Below are positions 20,197-30,693 of a stretch of DNA of 64,000 nucleotides, piece after piece. The stretch is from Vulcanimicrobiota bacterium. Its GTDB lineage: Bacteria; Vulcanimicrobiota; Vulcanimicrobiia; Vulcanimicrobiales; Vulcanimicrobiaceae. Where the stretch lies: the NCBI GenBank assembly GCA_963833095.1, contig CAWHWQ010000001.1, positions 160,001 to 224,000 of the forward strand, written 5' to 3'. Numbering within the stretch: the stretch's first letter is position 1; the number at the start of each line of letters is the position of its first letter. The position numbers were made by a program, and so were the translations under genes. A model generated the notes under the pieces. That model did no database searches. It saw nothing but the letters and a program-made list of their open reading frames with translations, and had not been told where the DNA came from.

Positions 20197-21245
20197 CACT
20201 CTTCCGTGGCGGCGACGACGGCGCCGATGCTGTGGCCATTCTTTGAAACCGCGTTGGTAAGAGCCTCGCGGATCTTCGTTTCGATCTCGCCGGCCATATC
20301 GAGGTGTTCTTCCAGAAATGCTTTGGCGTTCTCGCGCCCTTGTCCAATGCGTTGCTCGCCGTAGGTGTACCACGAACCGCTCTTGCCGACGATGTTCTGT
20401 TCGAGCGCGACATCGAGGATCGAGCCCATCTTCGAGATGCCCCGACCATAGGTGATATCGAATTCGGCTTGCCGGAACGGCGGCGCCACCTTGTTCTTGA
20501 CGACCTTGGCGCGCGTGCGTGAACCGACCACATCTTGCCCGACCTTGATCTGTTCGAGCTTGCGTACGTCGACGCGGATCGAGGCATAGAATTTGAGCGC
20601 GCGGCCGCCCGAGGTCGTCTCGGGACTTCCAAACATCACGCCGACCTTCTCACGCAGCTGGTTGATAAAGATCATGACGGCCTTGCTGCGCGAGATCGCG
20701 GCGGTGAGCTTGCGCAGCGCTTGCGACATCAAGCGCGCTTGCAGGCCGACGTGCGCATCGCCCATGTCGCCCTCGAGCTCGGCCTTGGTCACGAGCGCCG
20801 CCACCGAGTCGACGACGATCACGTCGACCGCGTTGCTGCGCGTGAGCATTTCGGCGATCTCGAGCGCCTGTTCGCCGGTATCGGGTTGCGAGACGAGCAA
20901 ATTGTCCAGATCGACACCGAGCGCGGCGGCATAATTCGGATCGAGTGCGTGCTCGACATCGATGAAAGCGGCGGTGCCGCCGTTCTTTTGCGCCTCGGCG
21001 ATTGCATGCAGCGCGAGGGTCGTCTTACCGCTTGATTCGGGACCGTAGATCTCGACGATACGGCCGCGCGGATATCCGCCGACGCCGAGCGCGAGATCGA
21101 GTGCGATCGATCCGCTGGGCACAACCTCGAACGCCATGCGTTCCTGGAAGTCGCCCATTTTCATGATCGATCCCTTACCAAATTGCCGCTCGATCTGGGC
21201 GAGGGCATTGCCCAGGGCGATTGCTCGTTCGTCTTGCGCTGCCAT
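20196..21245 (-). CDS. recA: Recombinase RecA
   Basis: [38 protein letters not shown]. Confidence 0.99.
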   Translation of the reverse strand: MAAQDERAIALGNALAQIERQFGKGSIMKMGDFQERMAFEVVPSGSIALDLALGVGGYPRGRIVEIYGPESSGKTTLALHAIAEAQKNGGTAAFIDVEHALDPNYAAALGVDLDNLLVSQPDTGEQALEIAEMLTRSNAVDVIVVDSVAALVTKAELEGDMGDAHVGLQARLMSQALRKLTAAISRSKAVMIFINQLREKVGVMFGSPETTSGGRALKFYASIRVDVRKLEQIKVGQDVVGSRTRAKVVKNKVAPPFRQAEFDITYGRGISKMGSILDVALEQNIVGKSGSWYTYGEQRIGQGRENAKAFLEEHLDMAGEIETKIREALTNAVSKNGHSIGAVVAATEE

Positions 21246-21313
21246 TCTCTCTCCTCTAGTAATCGTTGCTTTCATATACCATCACGTTGTCAGGCGCTGG
21301 TGACAAGTGTATG

Positions 21314-22246
21314 TCACACTTTCACGGAATCCGGGGCCTCATCGAAAAGGGCTTGGGTGAATTCGGCGGCGACAAATGGGCGCAGGGCATCGGGAGTCTC
21401 GCCCAGGCCGATGAATTTGATCGGAATCTCCAGCGTGTCGACAATGGCCACGAGCACGCCGCCCTTTGCCGTCGAATCGAGTTTGGTGACCACGACGCCC
21501 GTGAGCTGCGTCGTTTCATTAAAGAGCCGCGCCTGCGAAATCGCGTTCTGCCCGGTCGTGCCGTCGAGCACCAGTAACGTTTCATCGGGCGCGCGACCAA
21601 GTTCGCGCTCGATCACGCGGCGAACTTTTTTGAGTTCTTCCATCAAATTCGTTTTGGTTTGCAGCCGCCCGGCGGTGTCGACCAAGATCACATCGACGCC
21701 GCGCGCTTTTCCGGCTTTGATGCCGTCGAAGATCACCGAGGCGGGGTCGGCGCCTTCGGCACCACGCACGATCTCACTCTTGGAGCGATCGGCCCAAATC
21801 GCCAATTGTTCGGCGGCTGCGGCGCGGAATGTATCCCCGGCGACCAAGAGCACGCGTTTGCCTTCGGCGCGAAGTCGCGTTGCGAGCTTGCCGATCGTCG
21901 TCGTCTTGCCGCTCCCGTTCACGCCGACGACAAGAACCACCGACGGCGGATCGCTGCTCAGTTGTAACTCTGCGCCGGGAATCGTCAAAAACTTTTCGAC
22001 GTCGCGGTGGAATCGCGCAACCGCCTGATCGGTCGTAGCCCAGGCCTCTTGCTTGGCAACGGTCTTGAGGCCCTCGATGATCTTAGCCGTCGTCGGAACC
22101 CCGAAGTCGCCCATGATGAGCAGCTCCTCGAGGTCGTCCCAAAACTCCGGCGTGAGCGGCTTGCGGGCGAGGCCCAGGTTCTGTACCGCGGCGAAGGTGT
22201 CGCGGGCCTTGCCAAGGGACGCCTTGAGTCGTTGAAACCAGCTCAC
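21314..22246 (-). CDS. ftsY: SRP receptor FtsY (short, NG domain only)
   Basis: GVNGSGKTTT, DTFRAAA, DTAGRLQ, TKLDSTAKGG. Confidence 0.97.
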   Translation of the reverse strand: MSWFQRLKASLGKARDTFAAVQNLGLARKPLTPEFWDDLEELLIMGDFGVPTTAKIIEGLKTVAKQEAWATTDQAVARFHRDVEKFLTIPGAELQLSSDPPSVVLVVGVNGSGKTTTIGKLATRLRAEGKRVLLVAGDTFRAAAAEQLAIWADRSKSEIVRGAEGADPASVIFDGIKAGKARGVDVILVDTAGRLQTKTNLMEELKKVRRVIERELGRAPDETLLVLDGTTGQNAISQARLFNETTQLTGVVVTKLDSTAKGGVLVAIVDTLEIPIKFIGLGETPDALRPFVAAEFTQALFDEAPDSVKV

Positions 22247-22302
22247 GGACCCTTTCCTTTCCTACCCAAGCATCGAACTCCTGTTCGCTAGTGCCAGCAT
22301 TT

Positions 22303-22347
22303 TTGTCACCCTGAGGTGCAAGCCCGCTAGGGCGAGCCTCGAAGGGT
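22303..22347 (+). repeat. Repeat family C (REP-like) copy
   Basis: TTGTCACCCTGAGGTGC-hairpin-GAGCCTCGAAGGGT; an inverted copy lies at 22784-22826. Confidence 0.8.
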
Positions 22348-22364
22348 CGACCCCGGAGAGGTGG

Positions 22365-22761
22365 TCATTGCAGTTTACGCTTCGCCCTCAGCCTTCTGCG
22401 GTGTGGCCAACTAGCAACGACCTGAAACGCCGCCGACAATAAAGTCGGACAATGCCAGCAGTAAGATACGCACTACTTTCGTGCGTGACGACGGCAATCG
22501 ATCGTGATTTTTCTTTGGGACATTTCCCACCGATCAGCGTACCAGCCAAGCCGGCCGCCGACTACAGCATTCCCGTTATAACATAAGAGCGTTTCAGGTT
22601 GGTAAGCCGTCCCGTCGAACACGTCGTCGCTATACACCGATAAATCAGACGATGATGCTTGGAACGAGAGAATGATCAGAACGGGCCGCTATGAGACTCG
22701 TTGCCACACCGAGCACGCCCGACCACTTCTTAACGACCACTACGAAACTATCTCGAAACAT
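22365..22761 (-). CDS. Possible small two-TM orphan membrane protein (needs 2-3 frameshifts)
   Basis: GGAG RBS then MFRDSFVVVVKKWSGVLGVATSLIAA/VLIILSFQ..LLCYNG../GGKCPKE..YLTAGIV/LLSAAFQVVASWPHRRRLRAKRKLQ. Looks lower in GC than its flanks. Confidence 0.35.
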
Positions 22762-22783
22762 TTGATCGCCTTCACTCCGCAAC

Positions 22784-22872
22784 ACCCTTCGAGGCTCGCG
22801 CTAACGCGCGCACCTCAGTGTGACAAGTTGCGGTGCTCCCTCGACTACGCTTCGCTACGCTCGGGATCACAA
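22784..22872 (-). repeat. Two tandem family C (REP-like) copies
   Basis: ACCCTTCGAGGCTC..CACCTCAGTGTGACAA and TCCCTCGACTACGCTTCGCTACGCTCGGGATCACAA. Confidence 0.8.
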
Positions 22873-22874
22873 GG

Positions 22875-23378
22875 TTAGGCAACGGGGTCCAGGCCCGTGA
22901 TGCTGGAGGCCTCCATCTTTACCCACTGCGGGGCGGCGCCGTCGACCCGCACCGGATACTCGAAAGTGACGTTGGGCTGCCCGATTTGATCGCGCATGAT
23001 ATCGGCCAACCGTCCTTCGATGAACACGCGCCGGCCCGCCCCGAACGGTGCGTGTCCAGGCGCGAAGTGAATCTCGAAGACGGCTGCCGAGGCCGAAAAC
23101 GCGTGCACGCTCCCGCCGAAACAATCGTGCACCGCCATCTTGAGCGCAGCGACGATTTGCGAGAAGAGCGTGTCATCGACGCGCGCGTGGCGTTCGTCAA
23201 AGCAGCGTTCGCGATCGATCACGTAGCGCGTCGGCTCGACGCCGTCGATGAATTCGACCCTAAACTGACGACCTGAGATGTGCATCTCGAGGTTCCCGCC
23301 CATTTTGGTCAAGCGCACTTCGCGAATCCAGTCCTTGTGATCGCGCATCGTCTTGGAAAGCCAGTTCTTCTTCCACAC
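22875..23378 (-). CDS. Hypothetical protein
   Basis: 167-aa ORF starting 2 nt after the flhB-C gene; no motif recognised. Confidence 0.65.
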   Translation of the reverse strand: MWKKNWLSKTMRDHKDWIREVRLTKMGGNLEMHISGRQFRVEFIDGVEPTRYVIDRERCFDERHARVDDTLFSQIVAALKMAVHDCFGGSVHAFSASAAVFEIHFAPGHAPFGAGRRVFIEGRLADIMRDQIGQPNVTFEYPVRVDGAAPQWVKMEASSITGLDPVA

Positions 23379-23380
23379 GG

Positions 23381-23686
23381 TTAACCGGTGCGCTCCCGAA
23401 AGGCGGCATCGACCCGATAGACATACGCGAGCACTTCGGCCACCACGCTGTAGAGTTCACGCGGAATGCTGTCCGTCACGTTGAGGCGCGCCAGCGCTTC
23501 GACCAGCCCGGCATCTTCGTAGAGCGGGATACCGCGCTCTTTGGCGATGCGCACGATCGTTTCGGCCGTGATACCGCGTCCGACCGCAACGACCTCGGGC
23601 GGATCCGAGCCGAGCGGATCCCACTTCAGCGCAGCCGCCGCCGGCCGCTTGAACACCGATTTGCGAAAATCGAAAAAACGGCTCAT
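23381..23686 (-). CDS. Stand-alone FlhB C-terminal domain protein (EscU/YscU/HrcU family)
   Basis: AAALKWD..PEVVAVGRG..AETIVRIAKERGIP..IPRELYSVVAEVL. Confidence 0.9.
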   Translation of the reverse strand: MSRFFDFRKSVFKRPAAAALKWDPLGSDPPEVVAVGRGITAETIVRIAKERGIPLYEDAGLVEALARLNVTDSIPRELYSVVAEVLAYVYRVDAAFRERTG

Positions 23687-25563
23687 GCGCGTGTATCCCA
23701 GAACGATTTTCGCTCCCCAGATGCCGGCGATTGCGCGGCTTCTGACGCGGATGCGACACTACCCGATGGCGACGCGACGCCGGCACCGATCGAGGAGATG
23801 CGGTAGCGCAGTCCTTCCAGGCGTGAACGCAGGTCGTTCAATGTCGTGCGGAAACGATCGGCGGCCAGGGTGGCCTGCGTCTTCACGTCCACGCTCACCG
23901 CGCGACCAACGGTCTGCACGTCGATCGCGACGGTTCCCAGCGACTTGGTATCGAGGATGAAGGCGATGTGAAAATTATCGGCATCCATCGCATTCTTACC
24001 GTTTGGCGCATCGCGTGAAATACGCAGCTGCACAGGTTCGCCGCCTTCGTAGAAATAGGCCGGGAGCGGAATAGCAATGGTTCGAGGATCGTTGCTCTGC
24101 GACGAAAGCACATTGAGCTGCAGCGCGGTCGTCGCGGTAAGCGCGTCGCGCAGCGCACCGGCGATCTGCGGCGAGCCGTCGCGCGACGCTGACGTAATCA
24201 TCGCAAGGATCGCCGACTTCACGTCATACTCCATGGCCGCAGCGCGTTCGGCCGCCTGCGCCGCGGCGTTGACCCCCGCCGGCGTGACCGGTTGCGCGCT
24301 CTGCGCCAACGCCTGCGCTTGTGACTGCGCTTGCGCGGGCGTTTGCGACGGAGCATCCGCCGGAGCATCCGCGGGTGGTTCAGTCTGTGCGAGCGTGTTC
24401 CACGCAGCGACGCTCTGCACGATCTTCGATTCGGCGCCGTCGAGCACGTCGGAAACAAATGTTGCGAACTGCTCGGGCAGAGCGCGCGGGTTGCGCAGAT
24501 CGAAGCGCGCAACGAATGCCAGCATCGAACGCAGTGCGCCAGCGCTATCCGGCGCGATTCGTGCAAGCAGGCCTTCGAGCCGTTCGTATGACGCGGTGAC
24601 GCTCTGCGTCGCCGTGTTGACGGTCCGCGCTGCCGCGAGTGTGGGCGGAGTGATCGGCACGCCGAGGCGTGTTAACAGTTCGCCTTCGGGCGTCGACGGC
24701 GTCGCTTGGGCGGGCGCGGGTGCTTGCGGCGAAGCCGGGAGGTTCGACGCGGGCGCAACGATGGGCGGCGCCACCGGAAAGCGCGGACTCTGCGGTGCGG
24801 CGTTGACTGCAGCCGCCGATGGCGGCGGAACGCCGCGCGCAGAAGCGGGAAGCGCCTGCGACGACGATGGCGCCGACGGCGGCGCCGGCGCGGCGCTCGC
24901 GCGATTTGCCGCAAGACGCGCCTCGACGTCGTTGCTCGCAATCGCCTCTTCGATTTGCGCGGCGAGTGCGCGCGCATTGGCGGCCAAATTCGGGCGCACC
25001 GACGCGGCGACAAAGACTTCACGCGGCGGAGCAACGTTCGCGGGAGTCGCTGCGGGCGGCGCCGTGGCCCCAGGCGACGGCGGGACAACCGGCGGAAGCA
25101 CCGTCGGCGCGGCCGCGCTTGGCGCGGGCGCAGTCGCCGGGATCGTTTCCGGGGCACTCGGCGCGGGCGCGATTTGGGTGGTCAGCACGGCAGTTTGCGG
25201 AGTGCTGCTTGAAGGCGCAGTCAGCCCGGGGTTGACGGTTGGAATCGGGTTCTGCGGATCGATCGACCCGAGATTGCGAACCGTCACCGTTGAATTGGTA
25301 AAGCCCGTCACTTGTAAGAGCAACGTTTCGCCGGGATTGATGCCGGGCGGAATTTGCGCTGCGACTGTCTGCCCAAGGAACGATAGGAGATCGGTGCCGC
25401 CTTGCGGCGGTAGGACGGTAGCAGCGATCACGTCGCCAACGTTGATTTGTGCTTGGAGGGTCGCGACATCGGCTCCGAGGCTAAGAATTGCCTCGTCCAT
25501 CGCGATTTGCGCGTTGGCGACCGCTTGAGCAGCGAGTGCAGCGAGCGGATCGAGCCCCGACAT
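23683..25563 (-). CDS. Second FliK-like protein
   Basis: Pro/Ala-rich body; C-terminal IAFILDTKSLGTVAIDV..LRSRLEGLRY resembles FliK-C; overlaps the FlhB-C gene. Confidence 0.7.
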   Translation of the reverse strand: MSGLDPLAALAAQAVANAQIAMDEAILSLGADVATLQAQINVGDVIAATVLPPQGGTDLLSFLGQTVAAQIPPGINPGETLLLQVTGFTNSTVTVRNLGSIDPQNPIPTVNPGLTAPSSSTPQTAVLTTQIAPAPSAPETIPATAPAPSAAAPTVLPPVVPPSPGATAPPAATPANVAPPREVFVAASVRPNLAANARALAAQIEEAIASNDVEARLAANRASAAPAPPSAPSSSQALPASARGVPPPSAAAVNAAPQSPRFPVAPPIVAPASNLPASPQAPAPAQATPSTPEGELLTRLGVPITPPTLAAARTVNTATQSVTASYERLEGLLARIAPDSAGALRSMLAFVARFDLRNPRALPEQFATFVSDVLDGAESKIVQSVAAWNTLAQTEPPADAPADAPSQTPAQAQSQAQALAQSAQPVTPAGVNAAAQAAERAAAMEYDVKSAILAMITSASRDGSPQIAGALRDALTATTALQLNVLSSQSNDPRTIAIPLPAYFYEGGEPVQLRISRDAPNGKNAMDADNFHIAFILDTKSLGTVAIDVQTVGRAVSVDVKTQATLAADRFRTTLNDLRSRLEGLRYRISSIGAGVASPSGSVASASEAAQSPASGERKSFWDTRA

Positions 25564-25573
25564 CGGTTAGCCT

Positions 25574-25897
25574 TTACGCGGTGAAGTCGATGAAGTGCTC
25601 GCCTTCGCCGGAGAGTCCGAGTGGCGACTCCTGAGCTCCATCGTCGTCTGGACGGCCGTGCCGCTGACCGGGCGTATAGCCGCCGTTATTACTGCCGTCG
25701 GGGTTGGTGCGAAGCGACGTGCGTTCACCGTGCTCGGTCTGTTCGATGGTTTCTTCGCGCTGCTGCAGTTGCGCGGCGAACGCAGTCTGGGCGGCTGCCT
25801 GAGCGGCCTGTGGGGCCTGCTGGGCGACGCTAACCTGGGCCGCGTTTTGCGGGGCGGCCAGGTATGCCAGCTGCAGATCCGCCGGACGGATCGCCAT
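25574..25897 (-). CDS. Hypothetical flagellar-associated protein
   Basis: MAIRPADLQ...GEHFIDFTA; Gln-rich; follows fliA. Confidence 0.7.
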   Translation of the reverse strand: MAIRPADLQLAYLAAPQNAAQVSVAQQAPQAAQAAAQTAFAAQLQQREETIEQTEHGERTSLRTNPDGSNNGGYTPGQRHGRPDDDGAQESPLGLSGEGEHFIDFTA

Positions 25898-25931
25898 GGT
25901 CCGGTATTTCCCCCGGGAGGTCCTTTCTACT

Positions 25932-26765
25932 TTATTTTCGGCCGCTTCGGGGCAGGCGGCGGGCTTCCGCAAATACTTCTGTTTGATCGTCGGGTCGTCT
26001 TCGCGATAGCCAGGTCGTCGCGCAGCTCGCGCAGGCGTTGCGCAAGTGGATCACGGCCTGGGCGTGGATCTGCGAGACCCGCGACTCCGAGACGCCCAGA
26101 GCGCCCTTGATTTCCTTGAGCGTCTGGCCTTCGAAGTAGTAGAGCGGATCACGGTGCGCTCTTGCGGCGGCAGCGCGTCGACCGCGCCGACCAGTCGGCC
26201 CGTGACTTCGCGCGACTCGACCTCGCTCGTGACGTCGTTGCCGTCGTCCTTGAGCGTGTCGACCAGCGGGATCTCGTAGCCGCGTTCGTTGGGCAGAAAC
26301 TCCTCGAGCGAGAGCACCGCGGTGCCGCGAACGCGCTGCATCAGCTGATCGAACTCTCTGCATCGTCAGGCCCAGCCGCGCCGCGACTTCTTCTTCGGTC
26401 GGCGCGCGGCCGAGTCTCGATCTCGAGTTCTTGATAGGTGCGCTCGAGCTCGCGGGCGCGTTGACGCACGGCGCGCGGAACCCAATCGAGCGAGCGCAGG
26501 GCGTCGAGAATAGCGCCGTTGATGCGGGTGATCGCGTACGTCTCGAACTTGACTCCGCGCGCGTCGTCGTACTTTTCGATCGCGTCGATCAAACCGAGAA
26601 TACCGTCGTTGATCAAATCGTTGATCTCGACGTTCGGGGGCAGGTTCACCGAGATTCGACCGGCGACGTACTTGACCAAGATGCAAGTACTTGTGCACGA
26701 TCTCTTCCCGTGAGAGTTCGGCGCCGCCGATAATGTAGCGCCGTGGCTCGCGGCTCAGCCTTCAT
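25932..26765 (-). CDS. fliA: RNA polymerase sigma factor FliA/WhiG (frameshifted)
   Basis: [47 protein letters not shown]; region 4 [17 protein letters not shown]. Confidence 0.93.
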
Positions 26766-26898
26766 GCATTCCCCGCGGACGCGCAAAGCAGCGCGCCGTG
26801 CCCCGTTATTCACAGTCTGCCTATCGGCCTCCTTGCGCGATCAGTCGGGTCTCGGCAAAGCTCTGTTATCAATATGCGTTAAGCCTTCGCGCCGGACG

Positions 26899-27978
26899 TC
26901 AGCGAGGACCAGAATGCCGCGAGATTTCGTCGAGCGGCGCGACGCGATCGACCAGCCCGGCGACCGCGGCGGCTCGCGGCATTCCGTAGACGACGCACGT
27001 CTTCTCGTCTTGCCCGACCACATAACCGCCGCGCGCTTTAAGACGCTTGAGCCCTTTGACGCCGTCCTGCCCCATGCCGGTCAGGATGACGCCGACCGAA
27101 AGCGGGCCGTACATATTGGCAACTTGCTCGGTCATGAAGTCGACGCTCGGAACATGCAGCGACGAACCGTCGTCGCGGATGCAGTCGACTTCGACCTCAC
27201 CCGTCGCGCGGCGACGCAGCTCGCACCTGCTTGCCCGACGGGATCGACGAGCGCCGTGCCTGTCTCGAGGATCATGCCGTTGGCTGCTTCGAGCACGCGC
27301 ATTTTGCTCTACGCGTTCAGGCGATCGGCAAGCGGGCGCGTGAAGCCGATCGGCATGTGCTGAACGATGACGATCGGCGTCGGGAAGTTTCCGGGAAGAT
27401 CGGCATGACGTGCGAGAGTGCGACCGGACCGCCGGTCGACGTACCGATCGCGACGCATTCGTAGTTTCCGCGTGCGCGACGCGTCGCGCGCAACCGGCGG
27501 CGGCGCGATGATCCGCGGAGCTTGCTCGATCGGCGGCGCGGGCGTCGCACGATCGGTGAGCCGGCTGACGCGCCGCGCCGCGCAAGGTGCGGATTTTGGC
27601 GACCAGATCGCGCGCCACTTCGATGATGTTCGTGTACGCTGCATCCGGTTTCGCGATGAAATCGACCGCGCCGAGTTCGAGCGCGCGGAACGTCGTCTCG
27701 GCGCCCTCGCGCGTGAGCGAACTGCACATGATGATCGGCACGCGATGATGCGCGACGATGTTACGCACGGCTTCGAGACCGCCCATTCCCGGCATCTCGA
27801 CGTCCATCGTGATGACGTCGGGATTGATCTGCTGGGCCTTGGTGATCGCCTCTTCGCCGGTACGCGCGGTGGCGATCACGCGGATGTCCGGCTCGTTTTC
27901 GACAATGTTCGTGATCGCTCGGCGCATGAACGCCGAGTCGTCGACCACCAAGACGTTGATCAATTCCCACGTTGACAT
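26899..27978 (-). CDS. cheB: Chemotaxis methylesterase CheB (frameshifted)
   Basis: Receiver domain VVDDSAFMR..DVEMP; AIGTSTGGP, VQHMP, PSVD, ILTGMGQDG, VVYGMP. Confidence 0.95.
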   Translation of the reverse strand: MSTWELINVLVVDDSAFMRRAITNIVENEPDIRVIATARTGEEAITKAQQINPDVITMDVEMPGMGGLEAVRNIVAHHRVPIIMCSSLTREGAETTFRALELGAVDFIAKPDAAYTNIIEVARDLVAKIRTLRGAARQPAHRSCDARAADRASSADHRAAAGCARRVAHAETTNASRSVRRPAVRSHSRTSCRSSRKLPDADRHRSAHADRLHAPACRSPERVEQNARARSSQRHDPRDRHGARRSRRASRCELRRRATGEVEVDCIRDDGSSLHVPSVDFMTEQVANMYGPLSVGVILTGMGQDGVKGLKRLKARGGYVVGQDEKTCVVYGMPRAAAVAGLVDRVAPLDEISRHSGPR

Positions 27979-28835
27979 CAGCCTTCCGTCGGTAGTAAAT
28001 GGCTTTGGGAGTGATCGACCGGTTGGTATATGTCGGTCACGCGCATGATCGATTCCGCATGCCCAAGGAAAAGAAATCCGCCCGGGCGCAGCGCTCGCGC
28101 AAAGGCCTCGACGACGCGCTTTTGCGTGGGCTTATCGAAATAAATGAGGACGTTGCGGCAAAAGATCGCGTCGAATGTGCCGATCGATGCGACGGCGTGT
28201 TCGTCCATGAGGTTGATGCGCGAAAACTGCACCATGTGCTTGACCTCGTCGTTGATGAAAAAACCGCCTTCAAAAGGGCGGAAGTACTTTTGCACCATCT
28301 CCGGCGGCGTGGCTCGAAAGGACAGTTCGCGATAGAAGCCGGTCGCCGCCTGCTCCAGCGCCCGCGGCGAAAGATCGGTTGCGCGCAAAACCACGTTCGA
28401 CGGCGTGACGCGATGCGTCTGCATGAGCATCATCGCCATAGTGTAGGGTTCTTCGCCGGTCGATGAGGCGGAGGACCAGACTCGCAACGGTGTGCCGGCG
28501 CGTTGAGCCTCGTCGAGAACTTCGGTGACGAGAACCTCGAGCTGCGCGCGCTCGCGGAAGAAATAGGTTTCGTTGTTGGAGAGGACCGACGCCAGTTCGC
28601 TCCACTCGCTTTCCCGGTCCGGCGACGACGTCAGGAAGCGCTGGTAGCCTGCGAAATCGGCGACGCGGCACTTGAGCAGGCGCGTCTGCAAACGGCTTTG
28701 CAGCAAAAACTGCTTGGTGTCGTCGTAATAGATACCAAACCGCTCGCGGATCAAATCGCGCAACGTTTGAAATTCGGTTCCGATATAGCAATAGTCGACA
28801 AGCGATCGTATCCGTACTAGGCCCGGCTTCGCCAT
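27978..28835 (-). CDS. cheR: Chemotaxis methyltransferase CheR
   Basis: NETYFFRE, WSSASSTGEEPYT, FDAIFCRNVLIYFD, GFLFLGHAES. Confidence 0.95.
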   Translation of the reverse strand: MAKPGLVRIRSLVDYCYIGTEFQTLRDLIRERFGIYYDDTKQFLLQSRLQTRLLKCRVADFAGYQRFLTSSPDRESEWSELASVLSNNETYFFRERAQLEVLVTEVLDEAQRAGTPLRVWSSASSTGEEPYTMAMMLMQTHRVTPSNVVLRATDLSPRALEQAATGFYRELSFRATPPEMVQKYFRPFEGGFFINDEVKHMVQFSRINLMDEHAVASIGTFDAIFCRNVLIYFDKPTQKRVVEAFARALRPGGFLFLGHAESIMRVTDIYQPVDHSQSHLLPTEG

Positions 28836-30029
28836 CTAGACAAAAGAAGCCCGCGTCGCAAAGCGCAGTGCGTTGAGAGCAAGCGTGAGGCGGTCGAATG
28901 GCGTCCGCTGCACGTCTTCCTTTTGAAGTGCGTCGGCAAACCGTGCGCTTCCCGCGAGCTGATCGAACAGCAGGCCGTAACGCGCGGGGCGCGCCTCGAG
29001 GTAGCGCATCAACCGAACGCGATGTTCGAGCCGCCGCGTAAATCGGCCGCGAAGCCGCTGCGCGTAGAGTTGCGCGGCGCTTTGGGGCGCGGAACGGCGT
29101 TCGCGCACCGCTGCCGCGGCGAGGCGCCCGCTCATCGCTGCTTCGAAGATCCCTTCGCCGTTGGTCGCATCCACAAGGCCGGCAGCCGTGCCGCCAACCA
29201 TCGCGGCGCCGGCCGCAAACTGCGCGCGCGGCCAGCCTCCATAGAGGAGATGTCCTTCTTCCTTAATCCGCTTAACGTTCGCGTTTGCGTAGAGCCGATC
29301 GCGCGTACGCGCCGTGAAGGCGTCGAGCTCTTCGCGCAGACGCTTCCCGTCGAGTTTGCCGACCAGACCCAAACCGATGGCCAGGTGATCGCGCTTGGGA
29401 AACATCCAGGCGACGATTTGGCGCCCATCGGAAGCCGAATAGTAATGAAGCTCGAGCGTGCGATACGCCTCGGGTACCGCCGGACGATCCAGATACACGC
29501 GATATTGCAGCGTCGTCATCAAGCCACCGTTCCAGCGTGGATCGCAAAACGCGCGATCGAAGCGCGCCGTCGCTCCCTGCGCGAAGAACACGTTGCGCGC
29601 GCGAAGACGCCGCCGTTCGCCCGAACGCAAATCGGCGTACTCGACAATCGATCGATCCCCATCCCGTTCGAAGGAACGCCAAAGCGATTGGGTTCGGATG
29701 ACCGCGCCTTCGTGGGCGGCAAGGCGCGCAATCTCTCCGTCGAGTTCTTCGCGCGTCGTCGTGTGACCGGGGCCGAAGAAGATTTCGTACTCGCGCCCTT
29801 GCGGGTCAAAGAGCGCGAGGCGCGGCGTGTCGCAGTGAATCAGTTCGCGCGAAAGATCGAACGTGCTGCAAAAGCCCGGGCGCAATCCCGCAGCGCAGAC
29901 GCGCTTTGCGCCGACGACCGCATCCTTCTCGAGCACCACGGTCTCGACACCGGATCGTGCGGCCTCGCGAGCAGCGGTCGCTCCCGCCGGGCCCGCGCCA
30001 ACGACGAGAAACTCGGTCTCCTCCAGCAT
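28836..30029 (-). CDS. FAD-dependent oxidoreductase, geranylgeranyl-reductase-like
   Basis: VVGAGPAG, WMFPK, AAGLVDATNGEGIFEAAMSG. Confidence 0.85.
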   Translation of the reverse strand: MLEETEFLVVGAGPAGATAAREAARSGVETVVLEKDAVVGAKRVCAAGLRPGFCSTFDLSRELIHCDTPRLALFDPQGREYEIFFGPGHTTTREELDGEIARLAAHEGAVIRTQSLWRSFERDGDRSIVEYADLRSGERRRLRARNVFFAQGATARFDRAFCDPRWNGGLMTTLQYRVYLDRPAVPEAYRTLELHYYSASDGRQIVAWMFPKRDHLAIGLGLVGKLDGKRLREELDAFTARTRDRLYANANVKRIKEEGHLLYGGWPRAQFAAGAAMVGGTAAGLVDATNGEGIFEAAMSGRLAAAAVRERRSAPQSAAQLYAQRLRGRFTRRLEHRVRLMRYLEARPARYGLLFDQLAGSARFADALQKEDVQRTPFDRLTLALNALRFATRASFV

Positions 30030-30071
30030 GTCGAGGTCCTTGGTTGAGCTTGCGAGAACACCCTGCGCCTC

Positions 30072-30611
30072 ATGAGCCTACCGGATCCCCGTAATTATTT
30101 ACTATTACCGCTGGGGGAGCGCCAACCCGACGAAATCAACGTCGTGGTCGAGATTCCGGAAGGATCGCGAAACAAGTACGAATACGACAAGTCGCTCGAC
30201 ATCTTCCGCCTCGATCGAGCCTTGCATTCGGCAATTCATTATCCCGGCGACTACGGGTTTGCGCCGCAGACGCTCGCGCTGGACGGCGATCCGCTCGACG
30301 TGCTGGTGCTCGCCATCGAGCCGACCTTCCCAGGATGTCTGGTCGCGGCCCGTCCGATTGGGCTGCTCGAGATGGTCGACGGCGACAAACAGGACGACAA
30401 GATTCTCGCCGTCCCGGTCGGCGAGCCGCTCTTCGACGAAGTCCACAACTACTCGCAGATCTTTCCCCATCAACTGCGCAAGATTTCGCACTTTTTCGAA
30501 ACCTACAAAGCGCTTGAAGGGAAGCAGACGCGCGTCGGGTCGTGGCGCGACGCCGCGTCGGCACGCCGGGAGATCACTGAGTCCTACCAGCGCTTCGCGG
30601 AGAAGGACTAG
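30072..30611 (+). CDS. ppa: Soluble inorganic pyrophosphatase (family I)
   Basis: NKYEYDK, YPGDYGF, DGDPLDV, DDKI, FFETYK. Confidence 0.96.
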   Translation: MSLPDPRNYLLLPLGERQPDEINVVVEIPEGSRNKYEYDKSLDIFRLDRALHSAIHYPGDYGFAPQTLALDGDPLDVLVLAIEPTFPGCLVAARPIGLLEMVDGDKQDDKILAVPVGEPLFDEVHNYSQIFPHQLRKISHFFETYKALEGKQTRVGSWRDAASARREITESYQRFAEKD

Positions 30612-30693
30612 GCGGACCATCGCAGTACCGCCCTAGATTAAGCGGCGCCCCTTGGGCGCCGCACTGCTGCTTCCTCAAGGACCTATACGTTAC

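Noticed and set aside
22410..22442. GIY-YIG-like peptide NDLKRR between REP copies
   Set aside because: Very short, bounded by stops, and no GIY or YIG motifs.
26821..26847. Sigma-28 promoter for fliA (GCCGATAG)
   Set aside because: No matching -35 at the expected spacing; left uncalled.
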